A stretch of 64,000 nt of DNA from Thermodesulfobacteriota bacterium (GTDB taxonomy: Bacteria; Desulfobacterota_D; UBA1144; Nemesobacterales; JAJCZQ01): the NCBI GenBank assembly GCA_965215275.1, contig OZ244044.1:1088001-1152000 (forward strand), read 5' to 3'. Shown one piece after another: positions 28,576 through 38,394 of this stretch. A program made the translations under genes and the position numbers. The notes beneath the pieces are model-generated. The model searched no databases. It was not told the origin of the DNA and worked only from the letters and a program-made list of their open reading frames with translations. The stretch's first letter is position 1; the number at the start of each line of letters is the position of its first letter.

Positions 28576-28720
28576 CTATTAACTCTGATAGACGTTCGGT
28601 GTAAATGTATCACCCGGCACTATGGTACTCACAACAGTAAATATCCGTAACGACCTTTAAAAATACCAGAAAATTATAGTAAAGTAATGCAAAGCACTAA
28701 ATCAATATTTGAGGATCTGC

Positions 28721-29443
28721 ATGAAGACTAGACCAAGGATAAAATTCGCCATTCTGTTATTTTCTCTGATCTTTCTGGTATCGGGTTGCAGGATCATAAA
28801 GCTTGCCAAAGTTAAGAACCAGATGGCAGATCCAAAAAATTTTAAAGTGACCGATGAGAACGGACTTTCTCTGACCTTCCTAAAACCACTTATGAATAAA
28901 AAAGACGTAGCCTGGATTATGTCAACTGAACCAACCATAAGAAGTTCCGACGTATGGATATATGAGATCAGAAAAAGGTACAGAGGAAACAGCAATGACA
29001 GAAATAACTTTGATATTCCCATCAAGCTGAACTTTACAAAAAACAAACTAAAGGTTGCAACCTTGCCTGAACGATTTGCACAACACATTCCAAAACCTGT
29101 GTTTACTAAGTTCATTCAGTCATTTGGTAAGGGACGGCTGATCAAAAGGAAAAAAACCCTGCACGCTGTATATAAGGTCAACGATAAGTCGGAATTTCTT
29201 TCAACTCAAGACATTGTTGCTTTTTTGGGACTGCCGTACTACACGAAGGTGAAAGGAGAAAAAGAGAGTTTTGTCTTTCTATATAAAATACTGTCACCAG
29301 ACGTTAATAAAAAGGTAGGGGTGAGATATGATTACCACTTCAACAGAAAAACTAAACTTCTGAGCAGTATCACTGCAAATATAAAGGGGTTTAACATCTT
29401 AATCGAATTCACTGAAGGTCAGGACGAAGGTATTTCGAAATGA
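28721..29443 (+). CDS. Hypothetical lipoprotein
   Basis: Signal peptide with LVSGC lipobox; 4-bp overlap with ispE. Confidence 0.7.
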   Translation: MKTRPRIKFAILLFSLIFLVSGCRIIKLAKVKNQMADPKNFKVTDENGLSLTFLKPLMNKKDVAWIMSTEPTIRSSDVWIYEIRKRYRGNSNDRNNFDIPIKLNFTKNKLKVATLPERFAQHIPKPVFTKFIQSFGKGRLIKRKKTLHAVYKVNDKSEFLSTQDIVAFLGLPYYTKVKGEKESFVFLYKILSPDVNKKVGVRYDYHFNRKTKLLSSITANIKGFNILIEFTEGQDEGISK

Positions 29444-30321
29444 GTTTCGTAACCCTGCTGTCTCCTGCAAAAATCAATCTGACCCTCAGAGTGCACGGAA
29501 GAAGACCCGACGACGGATACCATGAGATCACTTCCGTAATACAACCGGTCAATCTCTTTGATACGGTTAAGATCGAGGCATCAGAAGGAAACGGCATTCT
29601 GCTGAATACACGGGGTATAGATATCCCGAGCGACAAAAGTAACCTGGCTTACAAAGCAGCAATGCTATACTTTAAAAAAGCCGATATACGGAAAAAAATA
29701 ACTATCTCGATCGACAAGTCGATCCCCACTGGGAGCGGCCTTGGAGGTGGGAGTTCCAACGCAGCGGCAGTGCTTGTCGGGCTTAACCGTCTGCTTAATG
29801 GATTAAGCGAAAATGAACTTATGAAAATATCTCCCAAGCTCGGTGCTGACGTGCCGTTTTTCATAAAATGCCGGTCCGCGGTCGTTGAAGGCATAGGCGA
29901 AAAAGTCACAATACTTAAAGACCTTCCACTGTTCCATTACGTGGTCATTTACCCTAAATTCGGAGTTTCAACCGTGGAAGTTTACAAAGAATGGGACAAA
30001 CTGAACAGTGGAATCAATGACCAAAAACCTGAACGTGAAAAGTTAGAGCAGGTTTTTCTGGGTCCCGAACTGGAACCGCTCGTGTTTAACGACCTGGAAA
30101 GGCCTTCTTTCAATGTATGTCCTGCTCTGAAAAAATACAAGGAGTTGATGCATTCCCTGGATACAAAGTTGGTAATGATCTCCGGGAGCGGTTCTTCCTT
30201 ATTTGCCTTATTCAGAAAAAATAAGCCGGCCGAAGATCTATACAAATATCTATCTTCAAGCAAGGAAATCGATACCTTCTTGCTAAAGGGAATATCAGGC
30301 TGGCACCGTTTGGCGTATTAA
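29440..30321 (+). CDS. ispE: 4-diphosphocytidyl-2-C-methyl-D-erythritol kinase
   Basis: PAKINL.L, GYHEI, IP.GSGLGGGSSNAA, LGADVPFF, SGSGS. Confidence 0.95.
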   Translation: MSFVTLLSPAKINLTLRVHGRRPDDGYHEITSVIQPVNLFDTVKIEASEGNGILLNTRGIDIPSDKSNLAYKAAMLYFKKADIRKKITISIDKSIPTGSGLGGGSSNAAAVLVGLNRLLNGLSENELMKISPKLGADVPFFIKCRSAVVEGIGEKVTILKDLPLFHYVVIYPKFGVSTVEVYKEWDKLNSGINDQKPEREKLEQVFLGPELEPLVFNDLERPSFNVCPALKKYKELMHSLDTKLVMISGSGSSLFALFRKNKPAEDLYKYLSSSKEIDTFLLKGISGWHRLAY

Positions 30322-30389
30322 AAGGGGAAATACTCCCCACATCCTGATATCATTATCATTGTAAGAAAGGAAAGAGAAAGACATCACAC

Positions 30390-30418
30390 TTGACATCCGT
30401 TCATAATACGAGTAAAAT
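30390..30418 (+). promoter_or_regulatory. Sigma70-type promoter of surface protein paralog 2
   Basis: TTGACA-17 bp-TAAAAT. Confidence 0.65.
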
Positions 30419-30464
30419 ATCAATGTTATGAAAAATCCAAACATAAAAACACGTAGTTCCATTA

Positions 30465-30545
30465 CCCCCCCCCCCGTGTATACCTGAACTTTCAGTCTGG
30501 TATAAGTATTTTGTAAGAACAATGTTTAAGATAATACCCCCCCCC
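30465..30545 (+). repeat. Two poly-C tracts (C11 at 30465-30475, C9 at 30537-30545)
   Basis: Counted directly. Confidence 0.9.
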
Positions 30546-33500
30546 ATCTAAGTCATTACTAACGTTAGTCTTATTTCTTCTGATTATTATGGTCATAGCT
30601 GCAAAAGGGCAGAGCAGTCTGGAAGAAACATTATCTGAATGCAGAGGTATGAGTTCAGACACGGAAGATCCGTTATACGGATGTCAGTGGCATCTGAAAA
30701 ACACGGGGCAGTTTGGTTTTTCCGGAAAGAGAATAACAGCAGGAGAAGATATAAACATAGAGGGAGTGTGGAACGAAGACGTATACGGTACCGGAATTAA
30801 CATAGCAATAGTAAGTAACGGCATTGACCTTTCACATGAGGACCTTTCTGCTAAGGTCCGTTCCGGACTGAACTATGATCTGTCTGACAGTTCATCTTTT
30901 AGTGGAACACGAGCGGCAGGTGTAATAGCAGCAACTGGATATAACGGACTGGGAGTAAGAGGAACAGCACCTGGTGCGAGTATATACAGTTACAGGTTAT
31001 CCGGTGATCTCAGTGAAGCGGACGCGGTGGTCCGTAATAAGGAAATAACTGCAGTATTGGTTAACGGCCGGGGATATGAGGAAGGAGCTTTTTTTCAGGA
31101 GGCTTTGGCTGAGTGGGAAGAAGGAGTGGAACTTGGAATAAGAGAAGGGTTTTATGGTAAAGGTGTGTTTTACGTCCGGGGAGCAGGGGACGGTCATGAG
31201 AATAACGATCAGGCTAATTTTTCTGAATATTCAAACTATTACGGAGTAACGGCTGTGTGTTCAACGGACGGTTCTGGAAAGAAGAGTTTATTTTCAGAAG
31301 AGGGAGTAAATCTATGGGTATGTGCACCTGGTTCTGATATTGTGACCACAGATAATAACGACGGCTACGTTGTAACTTCCGGAACATTTCTATCAGCTTC
31401 ACAGGTTGGAGGAGTGGCAGCACTGCTGAGAGAGATAAATGGACAGCTGAGCTGGAGGGATATAAAGCTTATACTTGCGGGTTCAGCACGGCAGAACGAT
31501 TTTTTTGATATGAGCTGGGAGACTGGAGCTGTTAAATACGGTTCTGATACGGAAAGATATAAATATAATCCTAAGTATGGTTTTGGCGTGGTAGACGCAG
31601 AAGCAGCTGCAGAACTTGCAAAAAGCTGGAAAGGCGTTGGAGAGATGAGGACCATTACAGCTTCTTCAGATAATGAACTGACAATTCCTGATGGAGAAGG
31701 AGAAGCAGACGGGGTCCTTGTTTCCAGACTTATGATCCCGGACCTGGAGGAAATATTTACGGAATTCGTTGAGGTAGAACTTGTTTTCTCTCATGACCGC
31801 TTACAGGACCTTGATATAAAAATAACCTCTCCTTCCGGGACAGTATCTGAACTTGTAAGGGAGTTTTCAGGGGAAGCGGAAGACGCTGATATCAGTTACC
31901 TGAGAAGAACACATCGTTTCGGGTCGGCAAAGCACCTCGGAGAAGACCCTTCCGGAGAATGAATCCTTAAAATATCCGATACTGCTTCCGGAGATGAAGA
32001 AGCAGAAGATGGAGAAGAAGTGGGGACCTTACACTCATGGAGCATTAAGGTATACGGGAATTTTTATCAGGGACATGGCAGTGAGATCACTACTAAAGCT
32101 ATAAGTCTGCCTTTTATTGCTAATAAGGAATACACACAAAATACTTCAGTAGAAGACACGTATCCTGAAGCAACGGGAGATAATCCGCCTTATACTTATA
32201 GATTTGTTCGCGGTACATTACCAGATGGACTAAGCTTTGATCCTGACACCCGGGTGCTGAGCGGAACACCAACTACTGTAGGTAGGAAAACTGCTCAATA
32301 TTTAGCAGAAGACGCAAGTGGAGATATAGCAAGGAGGACCTTCTTTATAACTATAACAGCAGGACCGCCAACCTTTTCAGGAGCAACGGTCCCTGAACAG
32401 ATATGGACGGAAGGGGTAAGGATACCAACATTACGTTTTCCTAATGCAACGGGAGGTAACGGAACTTTAACATACTTTTTAAGTCCTGCGCAGCCAGTTG
32501 GTATCAGCAGACAGGACAACAGGTTATTCGGAACACCTACGGAACCTCAAAGAAGATCTCTTTATACATGGACAGTCAGAGACAAAGATAATGATGAGGA
32601 TATTATTGAGTTCTATATTACTGTAAGAGAGAACGTCCCTACCTTCGGAGGTCAGACCATACCTCAGCAGAATTATATAGTAGGCAGAACAATACAAAGA
32701 TTAGTATTTCCTCGTGCAACGGGAGAGGAACCGTTAACTTACAATTTAGAAGGAGGTCCGACTAATTTACCAGGTGGATTGAACTTAGTAAGTAATCCAA
32801 CAAGTATAATAGGAACACCAACTACAACGGCGGACATTAATTACAGATGGACAGTTACGGACAAAGATGGAGATAAGACAGAACTTCCGTTCAGGATGAA
32901 GATAAGGTCTGCATCTGAAGTACCGGACTTCGGCAGTGAGACGGTAGAAGATCAGGTGTGGGGTAACGGCAGAGCAGTAACGTTAACTCTGCCTCAGGCA
33001 ACTGGAGGGAATGGAACTTTAAATTACAGTTTAAGCGGTGTTATACCAAATGGACTTACTTTTAACCAAAACACCAGAACGTTAAGTGGAACGCTCAACA
33101 TTGTTGATACAAGTATATTACCTGTAACTGGAACTTATACCTGGAAGGTAACTGACTCTGACTCAGATGATGACGGTGATTCTGACAGTATTACCTTCTC
33201 TATTACTATAGAAACTGATTCAGAGCCGAGCTTCGGAGGTCAGACCATCCCAAATCAGACATATATTGAAAGGACAACCTTCGGTCTTCCAGTAACGCTG
33301 CCTGAAGCAGTTACAAATACAGGGAATGGGACTTTAATTTACAGTTTAAACCGTAGTTTACCTAGTGGTTTGAGCTTTGATCCTGCTACCAGAGTGATAA
33401 GTGGAACTCCAACTCATAGGCAACCTATTTTTTCAACTTATACATATAGGGTAAGAGATAATGATGGAGATACGGCTAATCTGAGTTTCCGCCTGCAAAT

Positions 33501-34569
33501 AATCGGTAACACCCGGCCAAGCTTTCATAATACGATAACAGATAAGGTGTATTATACGTTTACAGCAGTAACGGAAACGTTACCTGAGGCAGCACAAAAT
33601 AATAATCCACCTTCAACTTACAGTTTAACTCCTGCATTACCTGATGGACTGATCTTTACCCCTGCTACCAGAGAGATAACAGGAACACCAACTGCTGCAA
33701 TGTCTGAGACTGATTACACGTATACGGTTGCTGATCTAAATGGAGATACGGACGAGTTAACATTCAGTATCACTGTATTGGCAGTAGCAGACACGGAACC
33801 GACCTTCGGCAGTGAAACTATAGATAACAAGGTATATATAAACTACGGAGAAGCAGTAACGGAAACACTGCCTGAAGCAACGTCAGGGAATGCACCATTA
33901 ACTTACAGTTTAAAGAGGGACCATTTTGGTAGTTTCACTACTGCTTTATTTAAGGGATTGACATTTACTGCAAACACCAGAGAGTTAAGCGGAACACCCA
34001 ATCTTGATATTCATCCAAGTCTATTTCCTGTAACTGCTACTCATACATATAAAGTAAGAGACAATGATGGAGATACAGCAGAGATAATGTTCAGTATAAC
34101 AATAGAAGAAGACAGCGAACCGGACTTCAGCGGTGTGACAATACCAGATCGTGTGTACACGGGGAGAACAATAGAGCTGCCAGAGGCAGCGGGAGGGAAT
34201 TTACCAGTTACTTACAGTATAACACCTGATCTGCCAGCTGGATTGAGATTTAACGAAGTAACGCGGGAAATAAGTGGGACACCCAGGAGTGCATCAACAA
34301 GAACTTACACGTATACGGTAACGGACAGCAATGGAGATACGGATGATGCGACTTTCATGCTCAGTGTAGAGGTTACTTCTACTCCAGGACCAACACCACC
34401 ACGAGGACCAAGAACGTCAGGTACTGATTCAGGCGGAGGTGGAGGAGGATGTGCTGTATCAGAGCAGAGCAGCGTTGATGAAGATATTCTCGGAGTAATG
34501 ACATGTCTGATACTTATACCTGTGTCAGTAACGATAAGAAGAAAGAGAAGAGCTCAGGTAAAGACTTAG
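30522..34569 (+). pseudogene. Surface protein paralog 2 (degenerate S8 + P-domain + ~8 Ig-like repeats + sorting signal), out of frame at poly-C and with an internal TGA
   Basis: ORFs 30589-31962 and 32020-34569 are in the same frame, separated by TGA where paralog 1 has TGG. ATG 30522 stops just after the C9 tract. Confidence 0.85.
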
Positions 34570-34797
34570 CAATGCACTTCTTTCAAAGGTATTTCTGAGA
34601 GAATTGGAGTCTGGTTTTCTTTTATAAGTTCGTTGAGGAGAACGGGTGTATTACCGTGTATTGAGCTATAGTATGTAATTCCCTTTATATAACTGTCAGT
34701 TATATAAGTTATTTAATTTTTCTTATGTCTGGTTATCAAGATAATTCCGAAGCTATCTATACAGATTTGCAGGACAGAAAAACTTATTACTTGGCTG

Positions 34798-35757
34798 CTA
34801 AACTGGTGAGATCTCAAGCATTCTGTTAATGGACCTTCTGGCTTTTGCAGCAATTTCGCTTGGAACGTCAACTTCGTAAATTTCTTCCCTGAGCGATATC
34901 AGGACCTTTTCAAGCGTTATCATCTTCATGTACTCACAGACGGCGGATTCATTTGCGGCAAAGAAAGTTTTTTCCGGATTCTCCTTCCTCATTCTATGCA
35001 GAATGCCAGTTTCCGTTGCAACAATAAACTCATTTGCATCAGAAGAACAGGCGTGCTTTACCATACCGCCGGTAGATAGGAATTTTATATCATCAGGTAG
35101 TTCCTTTCCTTCCTTCACGCTTTGATAAAGGTAAGTTGTAGTGCAGCCACATTCGGGATGAACTATCATATCCGCCTCGGGATGTTCTTTTTTCATGGTC
35201 TTAATGTCCTTAACCTTTATTCCGGCGTGCACGTGGCACTCGCCGGGCCAGATATGGATGTTATCCCTTCCAGTTACTTTTGCCACGTAAGCTCCAAGAA
35301 ACATATCGGGCAGAAACAGTATCTCCCGATCACTTGGAATTGCCTTTACCACCTGCACGGCATTTGACGAAGTTACACAGTAATCAGTCTCAGATTTAAC
35401 TTCCGCAGAAGTATTAACATAAGAAACCACTACCGCCTCCGGGTGTTCACTTTTCCATTCTTTGAGTTTTTTCATATCTATGGTCTCAGCAAGGGAGCAT
35501 CCTGCATCCAGATCGGGAATTAAAACTTTTTTATCAGGAGATATTATAGATGCCGTTTCAGCCATAAAATGAACTCCGCAGAAAACTATCATCTCAGAAT
35601 CAGTAACGGACGCCTTTTGTGACAGTCCAAGCGAATCCCCAACGTAATCTGCAACGTCCTGCACTTCGGGAAGTTGATAATTGTGTGCAAGAATAATGGC
35701 TTTTTTCTTAATTCTCAGCTCATTGATCTCTTCCACTATGCCGCTTATATCTTTCAT
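34798..35757 (-). CDS. nadA: Quinolinate synthase
   Basis: ILAHNYQ, FCGVHFMAE, AGCSLA, CHVH, HPEC, CEYMK. Confidence 0.97.
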   Translation of the reverse strand: MKDISGIVEEINELRIKKKAIILAHNYQLPEVQDVADYVGDSLGLSQKASVTDSEMIVFCGVHFMAETASIISPDKKVLIPDLDAGCSLAETIDMKKLKEWKSEHPEAVVVSYVNTSAEVKSETDYCVTSSNAVQVVKAIPSDREILFLPDMFLGAYVAKVTGRDNIHIWPGECHVHAGIKVKDIKTMKKEHPEADMIVHPECGCTTTYLYQSVKEGKELPDDIKFLSTGGMVKHACSSDANEFIVATETGILHRMRKENPEKTFFAANESAVCEYMKMITLEKVLISLREEIYEVDVPSEIAAKARRSINRMLEISPV

Positions 35758-35816
35758 TTTTGTTCAACCACCGCTTCTTGCAGAATAACAAGAAAAGTGG
35801 ATCATTGTAAGGATTA

Positions 35817-36680
35817 TTATATCATATCAAGGCTTATATCTAAAGCCTGAGCCGAATGAGTTAAAGCACCCACAGAAATAAGGTTCACCCCCAACTCCGC
35901 CACCTGCCTTACTCTTTCTAAAGTAATTCCACCGGAAGCTTCTATAAGCGCTTTTTCTCCTATAATGCAAACCGCTTCCTTCATTAAGTTATCCGGCATG
36001 TTATCGAGCATTATAATATCCGCTCCTGCCTCCAGGGATTGCTCCACCTGATCCAATCTTGAAGTTTCAACCTCTATCTTATGGTCAGAACATAAGTTTC
36101 GCTTGATCTTTTCAACTGCCTGCTTAATACCACCTGCAAGTTTAATGTGATTGTCTTTTATAAGTATCCCATCCGAAAGTCCTATCCTGTGATTATGTCC
36201 CCCTCCCACTCTTACCGCGTATTTGCTAAGTATTCGCATGCCTGGAACGGTTTTTCTCGTATCAATTATCTTAACGTTGTATCCTTCCACCGCTTTTACG
36301 TACTTGGATGTGGCAGTTGCTATACCACTAAGCCTCTGAAGTATATTAAGTGCCAGCCTTTCTCCTGTAAGAATGTATTTTTGTGAACCCCTTATTTTCA
36401 CTATCAAGTCACCAGCGTTCATCTTATCCCCGTCGCTTTTAGAACTTAAAAACTCGACAGAACTATCAAGTTTTCTGAATACTTCGCTTGCAACAGGAAG
36501 GCCTGCCAAGATTCCACCCTCCTTGCACCTGATCTCAGCGTTACACTCAATAGTTTTTGGAAAAAGCAACTCAGTGGTAATGTCACCTTTACCCACATCC
36601 TCTTCCAGTGCCAGATCTATGATCTTTTCAACCTTTGCCCAATCAAGACCGTAACTGCTCATAATAACAGTATTATACAA
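35817..36680 (-). CDS. nadC: Nicotinate-nucleotide pyrophosphorylase
   Basis: ALEED...GDIT, DTRKT, NHRIGLSD, LIKDNH, IMLDNM, EASGGI. Confidence 0.97.
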   Translation of the reverse strand: MYNTVIMSSYGLDWAKVEKIIDLALEEDVGKGDITTELLFPKTIECNAEIRCKEGGILAGLPVASEVFRKLDSSVEFLSSKSDGDKMNAGDLIVKIRGSQKYILTGERLALNILQRLSGIATATSKYVKAVEGYNVKIIDTRKTVPGMRILSKYAVRVGGGHNHRIGLSDGILIKDNHIKLAGGIKQAVEKIKRNLCSDHKIEVETSRLDQVEQSLEAGADIIMLDNMPDNLMKEAVCIIGEKALIEASGGITLERVRQVAELGVNLISVGALTHSAQALDISLDMI

Positions 36681-36774
36681 CCCTGACGCTTTTATTGTAA
36701 ATTAAATAACTATGCGAGGTTCCAGAAGACATAACTGTATATTCTCTTAAGAAGGCAAAAAAAGACGCGTCAGA

Positions 36775-38391
36775 CTAAAGGGATATCTTATAAGGAACGG
36801 AACCTTTTTTAACGGCAAAATGGAGATTTAGCTTTTTATCTTCCATTGGAAAATCAGCTCTGATATGAGAACCCCGGGATTCTTCCCTTATGTACGCCGA
36901 CCTTGCGATCAGCATACTCACGTTCACCATGCTGGAGATCTTGTATTTTATCCACCCGGACAGCTCTTCAACTTCCTTTGTAATATCCTCAAGTTCTTCC
37001 AGGTGTGAACTTATCCCGTTCCCGTCTCTCACGATCCCGAGTTTTTTATTGTTCTGGTCTAATATCCTGTCTCTCAACATACTGTATTTTTCCCCGTCAC
37101 CTTCCGATATGGAAAAAATGAGGGTAGGGATGTCCGGCCGAAAAGACCTGCTCACTTCAGTTTTATTTCTTACGAACATATCAACTGCTCTTTTTGCAAA
37201 TACCATACATTCCAAAAGAGAATTACTTGCAAGTCTGTTTGCTCCGTGAACTCCCGTACATGCAGCCTCTCCACAGGCAAAAAAACCGCTGAGACTGGTT
37301 TCTCCGTTAAGTCCGGTCCTGACCCCTCCGATCGTGTAATGTGCTGCGGGAGCAACCGGGATCAAGTCCTGCGTCAGATCAAAACCGTTCTGAAGGCACA
37401 GGCTGTATATATTGGTAAATCTTTTCTTTACAAATTCCGGGTCAAGATGTTCCAGGGTAAGGTAGACGCAGTCGTGTCCTGAACGCCTGATCTCGTTATA
37501 TATAACTTTTGAAACCACGTCCCTGGGTGCAAGTTCTCCAAGGTCATGATGATCCTTCATGAACCTTTTCCCATCTATATTCACAAGGTGTGCACCTTCA
37601 CCTCTGACCGCCTCGGTTATTAAAAACGTTTTTCCTTTTTTTGTGTAAAATGCCGTCGGGTGAAACTGAATAAATTCCATGTCCATAAGTTCTGCACCAG
37701 CTCTGTAGGCAAGATCAATTCCCTCGCCGGTCGATCCTTCAGAATTGGTGGTGGGTTTGAAAAGTGCCGAAGCTCCCCCGGCTGCCAGTATTGTGGAACT
37801 TGAGCGTATAAGTACGTATTTTAACCTCTTCTGATCGTACGCCCAGGCACCGAAACAGCTTTTTTCATCGGACACGAGGTCCGTGACCGTTGTAAGTTCA
37901 AGCAGTCTGATATTTGAATTATTAACCACGGACGAAATTAGAAAGTTTACCGTTCTTTCCCCGGTTGAATTACCTCCCGCGTGTAAGACCCTTCTTCTTG
38001 AATGACCTCCTTCCAGACCAAGAGCAAGACCTTCCTCGTCGTAGTCAAACTTCATACCAAGGTCGATCAGGTCCAGTACCCTTTCCGCTCCATCTTTAAC
38101 GAGTATGTTAACCGCTGCAATGTTACAAAGACCGCCGCCGGCGTTTACAGTGTCCATTTTATGAAAAGCAGTTGAGTCTTCAGAATCGATCGCAGCTGCT
38201 ATTCCTCCCTGTGCCCAGTAAGAGTTGCTTTCGATAAGGGTTGACTTTGTAACGACCACCACGCTTCCGAAGCTTGAAGCGTAGCTGGCAGCGTAAAGTC
38301 CGGCTATGCCGCTGCCGATGATCAGAAAATCGGTGTTTAATTCTAAAAAGTCCAAATTTTCCAGTTTATCCGCCATAAATGTCCGATACAA
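36775..38391 (-). CDS. nadB: L-aspartate oxidase
   Basis: GSGIAGL, NSYWAQGGIA, EGGHSRRRVLH, QFHPT, HGANRLASNSLLE, ESRGSH. Confidence 0.96.
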   Translation of the reverse strand: MYRTFMADKLENLDFLELNTDFLIIGSGIAGLYAASYASSFGSVVVVTKSTLIESNSYWAQGGIAAAIDSEDSTAFHKMDTVNAGGGLCNIAAVNILVKDGAERVLDLIDLGMKFDYDEEGLALGLEGGHSRRRVLHAGGNSTGERTVNFLISSVVNNSNIRLLELTTVTDLVSDEKSCFGAWAYDQKRLKYVLIRSSSTILAAGGASALFKPTTNSEGSTGEGIDLAYRAGAELMDMEFIQFHPTAFYTKKGKTFLITEAVRGEGAHLVNIDGKRFMKDHHDLGELAPRDVVSKVIYNEIRRSGHDCVYLTLEHLDPEFVKKRFTNIYSLCLQNGFDLTQDLIPVAPAAHYTIGGVRTGLNGETSLSGFFACGEAACTGVHGANRLASNSLLECMVFAKRAVDMFVRNKTEVSRSFRPDIPTLIFSISEGDGEKYSMLRDRILDQNNKKLGIVRDGNGISSHLEELEDITKEVEELSGWIKYKISSMVNVSMLIARSAYIREESRGSHIRADFPMEDKKLNLHFAVKKGSVPYKISL

Positions 38392-38394
38392 ACA

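Noticed and set aside
30322..30340. GGGGAAATACTCCCC as the left TIR of the paralog-2 cassette
   Set aside because: Poor match to the 34671-34683 end and no TSD; a short hairpin after ispE is an equally likely explanation.
31960..31962. TGA reassigned to Trp (alternative genetic code)
   Set aside because: Many conserved genes (uvrC, argF, argD, argG, queA) end properly at TGA.
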